Below, piece after piece: positions 1-9,642 of a DNA stretch of 64,000 nucleotides (positions within the stretch are counted from its first letter, which is position 1; every line of letters begins with the position of its first letter). The position numbers were made by a program, and so were the translations under genes. The notes below the pieces were generated by a model. The model made no database searches. It was not told where the DNA came from and saw nothing but the letters and a program-made list of their open reading frames with translations. Source of the DNA: Bacillota bacterium (GTDB taxonomy: Bacteria > Bacillota > Clostridia > Lachnospirales > Lachnospiraceae); assembly GCA_023411555.1 (NCBI GenBank), contig JAEYOQ010000008.1, forward strand, positions 27,550-91,549, written 5' to 3'.

Positions 1-1334
1 ATCTCATTCAATGTTACATTACACATCTGCTCATTAATGGTAGGACTAATCTTTACTACACTGATCTTACCGATCTCATCCTTGATCTCATTCAAGGTAT
101 CAAAAGGATTTGATACAAAATAAGAGATATACTTATTTGATTGATCTGTCGTAATTGCAGGATCCGTCCAGATAGAGGTATTACAGGTATCAAATCCCAA
201 GACGTTCCAAATACCTACATTACCGTCATAGGATAGTTTAGCATAGCAAAGGAATTCTGCTGCAAGCTCGGGATTTTTACACTGATTGGATACGATAGTA
301 CCGGTACCACCTATACCCACCGAACGAGGCTGGCCCACTTCGAATACAGGACAGGGGGCAATTGCCCATGTATCAGTCATTTCAGGCATATAGTTTAAGA
401 ATCTTGACATGTACCACATTGCCTTTGGAAATGCAACAATATTACCATCGATGATATTAGCAAAGCCCTCCTCAAGATCTACGTGTCCACCGGGGGATAT
501 CATAGCAACACCTGACTTTAACCAATCCTGCTGCATAGTAAGCATCTTCTTAACAGATTCAAGCTCAACATTCGCTTTGCCACTTTCTCCACCTGTCCAG
601 TCCTCACCATGCTCTGCCATAGCAACCCACATCCAATCCACACCTGCTGTATCAACAGATGTCATATGGACCTCGCCATTAGAAGCCTTATACAGTTCTT
701 CTCCGGCCTTAGTGAAATCATCCCAGGTCTTAATCTTAGTATAATCTATTCCATACTCAGATAAGATCTTTGTATTATAGTACATTACAGTCGCACCGAC
801 ATGAGTAGGAGCGCCATAGTTAATTCCGTCTTTGCTGTAGATATCAATACGGGCCTGAACCAAGTCATTCTTATAAGGTGCAATTGCATCATTTAAAGGA
901 TAAAACTGAACTTCACCCTGTAGGAAGTTAGGAAATTGACCAATCTCAACATCACAAAGATCAGGAGCGCCAGTGCCTGACTGATTTGCCAACATTAGTT
1001 TATTATGCATGTCTCCATAGGGATAAGTAGTAAAGGTTATCTGAATTTGCTTATCCGGATTAGCTGCATTCCATTTCTCAAGCATACTTGCATAGAAGGT
1101 ATTATGTAATTCAACGAAGGACCACATCTCAAAATGGGTTCCGCTATCAGGTCCAACGGTTGTGACCGCAGTAGGCTCAACTTCACCTGTCCCCTCTTCA
1201 GGAGCTGCTTCCTCATTAGCGCCTTCTTTTACCTCTGCACTATCTCCCGATGTTCCGGTAGTTTTGCCACATCCTGTAAGCATGACAGCTACCATCACCA
1301 GAGTCAAAATTACACTGATTAACTTTCTCATCAT
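1..1334 (-). CDS. Sugar ABC transporter substrate-binding lipoprotein (extracellular solute-binding protein); C-terminal end cut by the window edge
   Basis: Not in the ORF track because it runs off the edge. Manual minus-strand translation from ATG 1334 gives MMRKLISVILTLVMVAVMLTGCGKTTGTSGDSAEVKEG... with lipobox LTGC, then ...GTHFEMWSFVELHNTFYASML... The checked segments (1081-1334 and 1-60) are open in this frame. GGGAGG lies about 10 nt upstream (1345-1350). Confidence 0.8.
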   Translation of the reverse strand, partial: MMRKLISVILTLVMVAVMLTGCGKTTGTSGDSAEVKEGANEEAAPEEGTGEVEPTAVTTVGPDSGTHFEMWSFVELHNTFYASMLEKWNAANPDKQIQITFTTYPYGDMHNKLMLANQSGTGAPDLCDVEIGQFPNFLQGEVQFYPLNDAIAPYKNDLVQARIDIYSKDGINYGAPTHVGATVMYYNTKILSEYGIDYTKIKTWDDFTKAGEELYKASNGEVHMTSVDTAGVDWMWVAMAEHGEDWTGGESGKANVELESVKKMLTMQQDWLKSGVAMISPGGHVDLEEGFANIIDGNIVAFPKAMWYMSRFLNYMPEMTDTWAIAPCPVFEVGQPRSVGIGGTGTIVSNQCKNPELAAEFLCYAKLSYDGNVGIWNVLGFDTCNTSIWTDPAITTDQSNKYISYFVSNPFDTLNEIKDEIGKISVVKISPTINEQMCNVTLNE

Positions 1335-1355
1335 CTTATTAAAACCTCCCTCTTC

Positions 1356-1373
1356 TGCGAATCAATATTCGCA
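1356..1373. promoter_or_regulatory. 7-4-7 inverted repeat TGCGAAT-caat-ATTCGCA just upstream of the SBP gene SD, in the divergent region shared with the ArsR-like regulator; possible operator
   Basis: Perfect 7-bp arms read directly from the sequence. Its position between divergent genes is the only functional argument. Confidence 0.3.
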
Positions 1374-1747
1374 ATTATTTTAGTTGTTTATAAATTTCTT
1401 TACAAAAGGTACACTTCTCCCCCGCTCAAACATATAACACGCACTATTTTCACTAATGTTTAATAATTATAACGTGCATATTGTATATTTTTGATTGGTA
1501 ATGTCTTCCTTTATAATACATAATATATAATACTCACAAACCACTGTCAAGATATTTTTTATTTTTTGTTAAAGTATTTTAGAATTATCTATAATAGTGA
1601 AATATTTTTGATTTTACAACACGATTTTACTTTTTTCATGATTTCCACGCATTGACTTATCTTAAACCAATGTATATAATACTTTATAAAACACTAAAGC
1701 ATGTTCTGCTTTAAGCTGAGTATTTTACGATTGTCAGGAGGATGTAT

Positions 1748-2683
1748 ATGCTACACATAAAATCATTGGATGAGGGATTAGAGCTCTTTAAAGCCTTAGG
1801 CTCAGATATAAGAATAGAGATTATTAAGTTACTTTTGACAAATAAAAGTATGAATATGAATGAACTGGCCAGCAGTCTGAATATTACCAACGGTGCCTTA
1901 ACCAGCCATATTAAGAAGTTAGAGGATTGCGGCATTGTCTCCATTTCCAGTGAATCCACCGGTCATGGAAATCAGAAAAAGTGTGCGGTTCGTCTTGATA
2001 AGATACTAATTGAAATGGATTCTCAGGAGGAATACGAAAACGTCTACCAAACTGATATTAAAGTAGGCCATTATTCCAATTATGAGATCTACCCCACCTG
2101 CGGTCTTGCATCCTCCACTGCCCTGATAGGCCAGGTTGATGACGCCAGATATTTTACACATCCTGATCGCTATATGGCGGATATTGTTTGGTTTACGAAG
2201 GGTTATATCGAATATATTATTCCTAATTTCATTCCTACCTCGCAGAAGATAGACCAGATTACCATCTCCGCTGAGTTAAGCTCCGAAGCTCCCGGCGTAA
2301 ATGATATCTGGCCTTCAGATATCTACTTCTATATTAATGATGTATGTATCGGCACCTGGACCAGTCCAGGCGATTTCGGGGACATCAAGGGAATATTCAC
2401 ACCAGATTGGTGGTTCCCTAATTGGAATCAATACGGACTCCTTAAGCTTCTGGTAATCAATAAAAAAGGAACCTTTATCGATGGTCTTAAGATCTCAGAT
2501 GTTTCCATCCGTGATTTTAATTTCGATTACCGCAGCACCATACGGTTTAAAATGGAGGTACCGGAAAATGCAAAGCATGTCGGGGGCTTAACCATCTTCG
2601 GAAAGTCCTTCGGTAACTATAACCAGGACATCAACGTTAGAATTAACTATAGCTCCATTCATCAACCACCAAAGTCCGAATAA
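1748..2683 (+). CDS. ArsR/SmtB-type winged-helix transcriptional regulator with a ~220-aa C-terminal domain of unknown function
   Basis: ORF track 1742..2683. AGGAGG at 1736-1741 favours the second ATG (1748). HTH signature LFKALGSDIRIEIIKLL...MNELASSLNITNGALTSHIKKLEDCGIV. Confidence 0.85.
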   Translation: MLHIKSLDEGLELFKALGSDIRIEIIKLLLTNKSMNMNELASSLNITNGALTSHIKKLEDCGIVSISSESTGHGNQKKCAVRLDKILIEMDSQEEYENVYQTDIKVGHYSNYEIYPTCGLASSTALIGQVDDARYFTHPDRYMADIVWFTKGYIEYIIPNFIPTSQKIDQITISAELSSEAPGVNDIWPSDIYFYINDVCIGTWTSPGDFGDIKGIFTPDWWFPNWNQYGLLKLLVINKKGTFIDGLKISDVSIRDFNFDYRSTIRFKMEVPENAKHVGGLTIFGKSFGNYNQDINVRINYSSIHQPPKSE

Positions 2684-2734
2684 ATAAATTAAGCGGTCAT
2701 AATAACCAAGGGTCTGCTGTATAGTACAGAACAG

Positions 2735-2894
2735 AGGAAGGAAGATAGATTATGCTTCCCATAATGCACTGTTTGCCGAACAGATTTCTTATGTGTATGC
2801 TAAGAAAGCGAACATTTTATGTTCGATTTCAGCAGACACATAAGGAAGATGTCCGGCAACCTGTGTGTGAGGGAAGCGTAATCTGTCTTCCTTC
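2735..2894 (+). other. Nested long inverted repeat; candidate structured RNA or MITE-like element between convergent genes
   Basis: Outer 25-bp stem 2735-2759/2870-2894, whose 2 non-Watson-Crick positions are G-U only on the plus strand. Inner 12-bp stem 2784-2795/2835-2846 with one G-U. Apical hairpin 2808-2814/2818-2824 and side hairpin 2768-2782. No flanking T-run in either orientation. Confidence 0.4.
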
Positions 2895-2925
2895 CGTAGA
2901 GTACACATAAGAAGCCCCTACTATG

Positions 2926-3174
2926 TCACCACTTCTTACCAGGGCAGTAGTTATTCGCAACTGCTGCCCTCATCTCCACAAAGCAACCGCACTTCCTGCA
3001 CATACCACTTAATAGCATGTCACATTCTTTACAACGGTCCATTCTTCTCTCATATAACTCTTTCGATGCCTTTATCTCCTCCGGCAGATTACGTATGTAC
3101 TCAAACATATTCTTATACTCTTCATATTCTGCCATATCACGAATCAGGCATCTTTTACATACTCTGGTTTCCAT
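2926..3174 (-). CDS. Small Cys-rich protein (8 Cys, several CxxC pairs; resembles the family I recall as DUF6171), probably metal-binding
   Basis: 82-aa [13 protein letters not shown]...CKECD...CRKCGC...YCPGKKW. Its start overlaps the abfA stop (TGATG), which indicates translational coupling. Confidence 0.7.
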   Translation of the reverse strand: METRVCKRCLIRDMAEYEEYKNMFEYIRNLPEEIKASKELYERRMDRCKECDMLLSGMCRKCGCFVEMRAAVANNYCPGKKW

Positions 3175-4673
3175 CAGCTAATTTTAATACTAAGCACACT
3201 GCAAGCAGGAATTACGAAGGATAACCCCTTTTCATGAACCTTGAAATCAGTAAATGCTTTCTCCGCGACATGTTCCGTATCCTCAAAGGAATTATAATCA
3301 TTCATACGACCTGTTAAGATACTTGCTTTTACTACCTCTACCTTCTTCTCTGCAAAGATAACCTCTACTTCTTCCGAAGCACTTAAGGATAAATTATTCA
3401 GTGTTATATTAATGGTACCTTGATCATCAATGGAGACAGATTCCTGCAGGTTAGGAACTAGCTCCTCACCTGTACCGGTTAAGCTTGAATCAATATAGCT
3501 TTCCAAAAGATAAGCATTCTGATGATCCTTATACATATGGAATACATGATAAGTCGGAGTCTTCACCATCTTCTCACCCTCAGTCAGAATAACTGATTGT
3601 AGTACATTAACCATCTGAGCCAGATTTGCCATCTTTACCCTATCACAGTGCTTATTAAAGATATTCAGTGTAACACCAGCTACCAACGCATCTCTCATAG
3701 TGTTCTGCTGATATAAGAAGCCCGGATTCGTACCCGGCTCTACATCATACCAGCATCCCCATTCATCCACCATCATACCTATCTTCTTATCCGGGTCAAA
3801 ACGATCCATAATCGCACTATGTCCCTTAATTAATGTATCCATATAGAGAGCCTTCTTCAGGGTCCGATACCATTCTTCTTCACTAAAATTCGTAGCACTT
3901 CCCTTAGCTCCCCAATTACCCGGAATCACATAATAATGCAAGGACAGACCATCCATAAAACCATGTAGATAAGCGGGAGAATGGTCATGAGTCGTCTTAA
4001 GTACTGTCTCTGTCCAATGGTAATCTTCCACGTTAGCACCACAGCATATCTTTGCAATTTGTGAATCTGATCTGTAATTTCTGATGTAGGTTTGATATCT
4101 TCTGAATTCATTGGCATAATACTCTGGTGTCATATTTCCTCCACAGCCCCAGTTCTCATTCCCTACGCCAAAGTAATCTACTCTCCAGGCCTCTTCCTGT
4201 CCGTTCTCCTTACGGAGTTCAGCCATCGGAGACACTCCCTCGAAGGTCATATACTCCACCCATTCAGACATTTCCTGTACCGTACCGCTGCCAAGGTTCC
4301 CATTAATATAGGTTTTACATCCCAATTGACGGCATAGTTCCATGTACTCATGGGTTCCAAAGCTGTTATCTTCTACCACCCCACCCCAATGAGTATTGAT
4401 CATCTTCTTACGCTTCTCCTTCGGGCCAATGCCATCCTTCCAATGATATTCATCTGCAAAGCAACCACCAGGCCAACGGAGAACAGGCACTTTTATTTCT
4501 TTCAGGGCTTCTACTACATCCGTTCTCATTCCATTCGTGTTCTTAATCTCGGCGTTCTCTCCTACATACAGTCCCTCATAAATACATCTTCCAAGATGCT
4601 CTGCAAAATGACCATAGATTTCTGCATTAATCCTGTCTTTTCTGTTGACTTCATTGATAACTAACTTTGCCAT
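3174..4673 (-). CDS. abfA: Alpha-L-arabinofuranosidase, GH51
   Basis: [20 protein letters not shown]..., [21 protein letters not shown]..., [15 protein letters not shown] are GH51 hallmarks. The second ATG (4673, MAKLVIN) has better SD spacing than 4691. Confidence 0.93.
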   Translation of the reverse strand: MAKLVINEVNRKDRINAEIYGHFAEHLGRCIYEGLYVGENAEIKNTNGMRTDVVEALKEIKVPVLRWPGGCFADEYHWKDGIGPKEKRKKMINTHWGGVVEDNSFGTHEYMELCRQLGCKTYINGNLGSGTVQEMSEWVEYMTFEGVSPMAELRKENGQEEAWRVDYFGVGNENWGCGGNMTPEYYANEFRRYQTYIRNYRSDSQIAKICCGANVEDYHWTETVLKTTHDHSPAYLHGFMDGLSLHYYVIPGNWGAKGSATNFSEEEWYRTLKKALYMDTLIKGHSAIMDRFDPDKKIGMMVDEWGCWYDVEPGTNPGFLYQQNTMRDALVAGVTLNIFNKHCDRVKMANLAQMVNVLQSVILTEGEKMVKTPTYHVFHMYKDHQNAYLLESYIDSSLTGTGEELVPNLQESVSIDDQGTINITLNNLSLSASEEVEVIFAEKKVEVVKASILTGRMNDYNSFEDTEHVAEKAFTDFKVHEKGLSFVIPACSVLSIKIS

Positions 4674-4724
4674 CTTATTCAACCCTTTCATGTTATTGAT
4701 AGTGAATGCACTTCCTACTACCTG

Positions 4725-6197
4725 TCATATACTATGGTTCGACTGCTTTAAGGCCGCTCCCCATATTGCTACTCCATCCTCAGAGAGTCCTGTAAAGGTC
4801 ATCACATATTTCTCACCGTATTCGTCGTATTCCTTGGCAAATTTACCTTTATAGGTTTTATCCTCAATTACGATTATCATATCATTATCCCCCTGAAGCT
4901 TCCAGGAACCGGTTGTATCTCCTTCGACTTTACCATTGGAATAGAGCGTAATGCTTATAGATTCCTTAATCTTGCTTGAGATATCATGACCATGGTTAAT
5001 TAATTTATAGAAGCCTACTACTTCCTCCTTGGTATAGCTTCCTATACTTTCACCGCTATAGCGGTAGGGTGCAATTACCGGCCATCCATCTTCATTAAAG
5101 AACATCTGGTGTACCCTTACTTTATGGGATTCCCCCAGTCCTTCAAAACGAGTATGAAAGACTAAAAAATATTTTCCCGTTTCCTCCTGATAGAGGGCTG
5201 AGTTATGCCCGGGAGAGACAATTCCTCTTCTCTTTTCTCCTTTTTCACCATCCTGCCACAGCCACTTGTAGTTCCCCATTAATTTAGCACCATATTGTTC
5301 TGCAGCCTCATCATCAAAAAATGACCCTTTCCCACCGGTGCATTCGATCATATCTCTTCCAGTCGTATCATAATAGGGACCATCCGGTTGCTTCGACCTG
5401 CATACCCGTATGCTATAGCCTCCGTCAGCCGCAAGTCCGCCATAAGAAAGGAACATATAATAATACTGCGTATCGGGATGATAGAGGACATAGGACCCTT
5501 CAATCCTAAGATGATTACCACCCAGTAGCTTCTTACCATAGCCCTCCTCTAATGGAAAACCTGTCTTCTTATTTAGTTCCAATATGTAAATTCCACCGGA
5601 ATAAGACCCATACATCATCCAAAGCCTCCCCTCTGCATCATAAAAGACACAGGGATCTACTGCATTGGGATCTTCTGTTGCATCATAGACATCCCCATCC
5701 TCGCTTGGAATATCCTTCATACCCGATTTTATAATCAAACCCAGATTCTTATATGGTCCTTCGATATGGTCTGCGACTGCAATTCCGATACAACCCAAGG
5801 GCTTACTCCCCTCGCAATTACAGTAATACATATAATATCTTCCATCCTCCAGCCTGATTACATCCGGTGCCCAGAAGGTCGCTGTCTGGGCCCACTCAAA
5901 GGCCTCCTTCATCTCGGTATACACTTCCGGAATTAATGAACTATTATTGCTCACTCTGGAGGATATCATAGACCAGTTCATCAGATCCGTCGTTTTTGCT
6001 GCCGCTAGATGCGAACCGAAAATATAATAGGTTCCCTGATCCTCAACAATGGATGGATCATGCACCGATGCGTCCTTCCATTTTATTTGGTATTCTGTCT
6101 GTGAAACCACTGGAATATCAGCAAAGCTCTCTTTGGCACAGCCCTGTAGCATAATACACATTATTATCATGAAGAAGCTTCTAATTTGTTTTCCCAT
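4725..6197 (-). CDS. GH43 glycoside hydrolase lipoprotein (arabinanase/arabinofuranosidase-like) with a C-terminal accessory domain
   Basis: Lipobox MIIMCIMLQGC. GH43 N-terminal motif VHDPSIVEDQGTYYIFGSH. AGGAG SD present. Confidence 0.88.
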   Translation of the reverse strand: MGKQIRSFFMIIMCIMLQGCAKESFADIPVVSQTEYQIKWKDASVHDPSIVEDQGTYYIFGSHLAAAKTTDLMNWSMISSRVSNNSSLIPEVYTEMKEAFEWAQTATFWAPDVIRLEDGRYYMYYCNCEGSKPLGCIGIAVADHIEGPYKNLGLIIKSGMKDIPSEDGDVYDATEDPNAVDPCVFYDAEGRLWMMYGSYSGGIYILELNKKTGFPLEEGYGKKLLGGNHLRIEGSYVLYHPDTQYYYMFLSYGGLAADGGYSIRVCRSKQPDGPYYDTTGRDMIECTGGKGSFFDDEAAEQYGAKLMGNYKWLWQDGEKGEKRRGIVSPGHNSALYQEETGKYFLVFHTRFEGLGESHKVRVHQMFFNEDGWPVIAPYRYSGESIGSYTKEEVVGFYKLINHGHDISSKIKESISITLYSNGKVEGDTTGSWKLQGDNDMIIVIEDKTYKGKFAKEYDEYGEKYVMTFTGLSEDGVAIWGAALKQSNHSI

Positions 6198-6219
6198 ACC
6201 CCACTCCTATCTTCAATAC

Positions 6220-7170
6220 CTAAAGCTTAAAAATCGGTTTCCCATCTCCTCCAAATTCAATCTTCATAAGCATTGCATGACGGTTTGGTACATAAAGTGG
6301 ATTTCCATTAATCGCTTTCTCCGTTCTCGCATGATAAACCATAATAGGCTCACCGTTCTCATCTACCGTAAAGGAATTATGCCCAGGACCATAGATTCCC
6401 TTGTCAACACAGCTTTGCAGCACCGGATAACGTTCCTTCTTCCAAGATAAGGGGTCCAATAGATCATCCTCCTCATCTGCGCTGAGCATTCCTATGCAGT
6501 ATGCAATGCCAGTCTCACTTGCCGAATAGGTAAGATAGATCTTACCACTTCTCTTAATCACCGCAGGCCCTTCATTTACCCAATAACCCTGTCGCTCCCA
6601 GTCATAATCCGGTGTTGTCAAAAGCACCTGAACGGTCTTTAATTTTAATGGTGTTTCCATCTCAGCAATATAAAGATTTGATATCTGCGGACCTACTCCA
6701 ACTTTTTCTGCCCATACATAATACCGTTTTCCTTTATTTTCAAAAATGGTAGCATCCAGTGAGAAGCTTTCAAAAGAAAAGGGATCTCCTACGGCTCTCT
6801 GTATTTTCCCCTTCTCTACCCATGTTCCGGTAAGTGGATCTGGATCTTCGCATTCTAAGATGTATGGCCTTATATTCCAGATACTTTCTTTTTCTCCTGC
6901 CGCGAAATACAGATACCATTTGCCGTCCAGATAGTGCAGCTCTGGAGCCCAGATATGCGCACCCATAACACCTTCAGCATGCTTTTCCCAGATCATAACC
7001 TCATCTGTCTCCGGAAGCTCTGCCAGGGTCTTCGCTCTTCTTAATATTATCCCGTCATACTTTGGTATAGAAGCGGTAAAATAGTACCAGCCATCAACAT
7101 GTTTATACACATAGGGATCCGCCCTCTGAATAATCCAAGGTTCGTTATATTTTAGCTGTCTTTCTGCCAT
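6220..7170 (-). CDS. GH43 glycoside hydrolase (intracellular, alpha-L-arabinofuranosidase/beta-xylosidase-like)
   Basis: NEPWIIQRADPYVYKHVDGWYYFTAS..., IWAPELHYLDGKWYLYF..., VNEGPAVIKRSGKIYLTYSA are typical of the five-bladed propeller GH43 fold. AGGAG SD present. Confidence 0.88.
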   Translation of the reverse strand: MAERQLKYNEPWIIQRADPYVYKHVDGWYYFTASIPKYDGIILRRAKTLAELPETDEVMIWEKHAEGVMGAHIWAPELHYLDGKWYLYFAAGEKESIWNIRPYILECEDPDPLTGTWVEKGKIQRAVGDPFSFESFSLDATIFENKGKRYYVWAEKVGVGPQISNLYIAEMETPLKLKTVQVLLTTPDYDWERQGYWVNEGPAVIKRSGKIYLTYSASETGIAYCIGMLSADEEDDLLDPLSWKKERYPVLQSCVDKGIYGPGHNSFTVDENGEPIMVYHARTEKAINGNPLYVPNRHAMLMKIEFGGDGKPIFKL

Positions 7171-7631
7171 TCACTCTCCTGCCTTTTCTACTATATAATT
7201 TTATAATATCCTTTAATATTTTAGTATTTACTAAATTATAAACGATAACTTTATTAATTTCAATACTTTTCTGATCGTACGTTCAATTATTCCTACTTAT
7301 ATTATGATGATAATAACCTCTACTGAAATATTTTTTACTCTTCTTTAAACTATTTTAGACAACATTGTTGCTTTACTACTCGATCGCTATGATAATTCAT
7401 TTACTATAGTCTACGAAGCACTTGAAATAATAAGAATTGGATTAAAGAGTAGATATTATGGAGATAACAGTAGTCAAAGGATTTATAGAATCACGGTATG
7501 TCTGATAGTGATAAAAGCAAAAAAGTTATAACAAAAAATGAAGTATTAGAACAGGGTAGAGTGTCTTTTCAATACTCATCCTATTCATATTACTTCATTC
7601 TTTCAAATATTATTATAGTCTTTTTATTTTC

Positions 7632-8735
7632 TTACTGCTTATAGAACTCCTTAATCCTATCCATTCTTGAGGTCATTCCCTGAAACAGATAATCCACCAG
7701 AGTTACAGCAACCATTGCTTCTACCACAACAACTGCTCTCGGTACAATGATTGGGTCATGACGGCCTTGAATCTCTACCTCGATATTCTCTTTGTTCTTA
7801 TTCACAGTACTTTGTGGTCTGGCAATAGAGGCCGTGGGCTTCACAGCAGCACGAAGAATTATCTCTGTCCCATCACTGATACCTCCAAGGATACCACCGG
7901 CATGATTACTTCGCTTACCAAGCTTTCCATTGTCATCATAATAGAAGGAATCATTATTCTCAGCACCTGTTTTTGTCGTAACTCCAAAGCCATCTCCAAT
8001 CTCAACACCCTTGATCGCTCCGATAGACATAATCGCCTTAGCAAGTTCTGCATCCAGCTTATCAAAAACCGGCTGCCCAATTCCCGCAGGCATCCCTGAT
8101 ACGATGCATTCAATAACACCACCCACAGAATTGTGTTCCTCCATCTGCTCTCTGATATAAGCTTCTGCCTTAGCTGAGGCCTCCAGATCCGGCATATTCA
8201 GAGGACTTTCCTTCCGATATTCTTTACTACATTTCTGATAATCAATGGTTACAGGCCCAATGGACTTAGTATAAGCAAAGATTGAAATCCCAAGTTCCTT
8301 TAATATCTCAGCTGCAATTGCACCGGCGGCAACTCTTCCTGTGGTCTCACGTCCCGAGGAACGACCTCCCCCACGATAATCCCGAAAGCCATACTTCATA
8401 TCATAGGTATAATCTGCATGCCCCGGACGATAATAACCTGCAATATCCGAGTAATCATAAGGTCGATGATTTTCATTGTAGACGATCAAGGAAATCGGTG
8501 TACCGGTGGTATAGCCATCGAAGATACCTGAAAGAATTCGAAGGCGATCATTCTCCTTCCTGGGTGTCGAATAGCTTGATTGACCAGGCTTTCTCCGATC
8601 CAGGTATTCTTGTATAACCGCTTCATTCATGGGCAGGCCTGCAGGGCATCCATCCACAACAACACCAATGCCCTCACCATGGGATTCTCCCCAGGTTGAT
8701 ATAACAAAACTTTTTCCGTAAACTGATCCTGACAT
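7632..8735 (-). CDS. aroC: Chorismate synthase
   Basis: GKSFVISTWGESHGEGIGVVVDGCPAGLP..., GGGRSSGRETTGRVAAGAIA..., GRHDPIIVPRAVVVVEAM. Confidence 0.96.
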   Translation of the reverse strand: MSGSVYGKSFVISTWGESHGEGIGVVVDGCPAGLPMNEAVIQEYLDRRKPGQSSYSTPRKENDRLRILSGIFDGYTTGTPISLIVYNENHRPYDYSDIAGYYRPGHADYTYDMKYGFRDYRGGGRSSGRETTGRVAAGAIAAEILKELGISIFAYTKSIGPVTIDYQKCSKEYRKESPLNMPDLEASAKAEAYIREQMEEHNSVGGVIECIVSGMPAGIGQPVFDKLDAELAKAIMSIGAIKGVEIGDGFGVTTKTGAENNDSFYYDDNGKLGKRSNHAGGILGGISDGTEIILRAAVKPTASIARPQSTVNKNKENIEVEIQGRHDPIIVPRAVVVVEAMVAVTLVDYLFQGMTSRMDRIKEFYKQ

Positions 8736-9027
8736 AAACGACTCCTATTACTTCTTATTAATAATGAAAGTGTATAAGTAGCATTTAACTTATCCCTAGT
8801 ATACCGAAACAGGCATATAATATCAAACACTTTATGAATAATTATAAATTATCTTAATTCTTATATACAAGTTATTCAATTGGAATATAATGTACGATAT
8901 AAGTCCTTTTTGCTTCCATTAATACTTAATATATAATTACAGTGCAGAAGTTTCAGAAGTTTCGCACATATATGCTTCTGCTAGAATAACCACTTATCTA
9001 CCTTTCAATATAATAGGAGAAAATGAT

Positions 9028-9465
9028 ATGCGTAAAATCAAGTTAGTACTCGTACTGCTTCTTATGATTACAATAGCCGGCTGTTCCGACAAAGATGTAA
9101 CTAAGTACTATCATGACTACAAGGGTGAAAGCGAGCTTTGGGAGGTATATTATCACGAGAAATCTGTGGTAACCTTTTGGACAGAAGATGGTATATTAAA
9201 GCACGATACCTCTACAGAAGCAACCTTTACTGCTTTATATAAGAATGATATCAAGGAGTTAACAAAAATACGTCAACTGGAGATCGGATACGATGCAGGT
9301 CTGACTGTGGGCTCTATAAGTGAGAATTACAATGAAGACGGCCCGGATCGTAGAGCTTTTACTCTTAGTTCGAGCAATGGTCTGATCACCCACGAAGCAG
9401 AAATAATAAAAGCAACACTTCGCATCGACGATTATATAGAAACAATAGAATTAACCAGAAAATAG
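9028..9465 (+). CDS. Hypothetical lipoprotein
   Basis: Signal peptide and lipobox MRKIKLVLVLLLMITIAGCSDK. TAGGAG SD present. No recognisable domain. Confidence 0.75.
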   Translation: MRKIKLVLVLLLMITIAGCSDKDVTKYYHDYKGESELWEVYYHEKSVVTFWTEDGILKHDTSTEATFTALYKNDIKELTKIRQLEIGYDAGLTVGSISENYNEDGPDRRAFTLSSSNGLITHEAEIIKATLRIDDYIETIELTRK

Positions 9466-9524
9466 ACTGACATCATAATAGGTATAGACATTCATTTATT
9501 CATGATTATATGAAAGAATATTGC

Positions 9525-9561
9525 AGAAAAAGAATGATAACATAGTTATCATTCTTTTTCT
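9525..9561. terminator. Bidirectional intrinsic terminator between convergent genes
   Basis: Perfect 17-bp stem AGAAAAAGAATGATAAC / GTTATCATTCTTTTTCT with a 3-nt loop; the A/T-rich arms supply U-tracts in both directions. Confidence 0.75.
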
Positions 9562-9642
9562 ATTCCCCGTACACCTGTAGCCGTATTATCAGCATTTGTG
9601 TGAAGTAAATTGCATATTTGGTTTTCCCTTCAAAACCCTAGC

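Noticed and set aside
409-1383. Plus-strand ORFs (111, 62 and 73 aa) at the left edge
   Set aside because: They are antisense to the open-ended sugar-binding lipoprotein frame, which has a lipobox and SBP-like sequence.
6049-6450. 133-aa plus-strand ORF spanning the junction of the two GH43 genes
   Set aside because: It is antisense to two well-supported GH43 coding regions.
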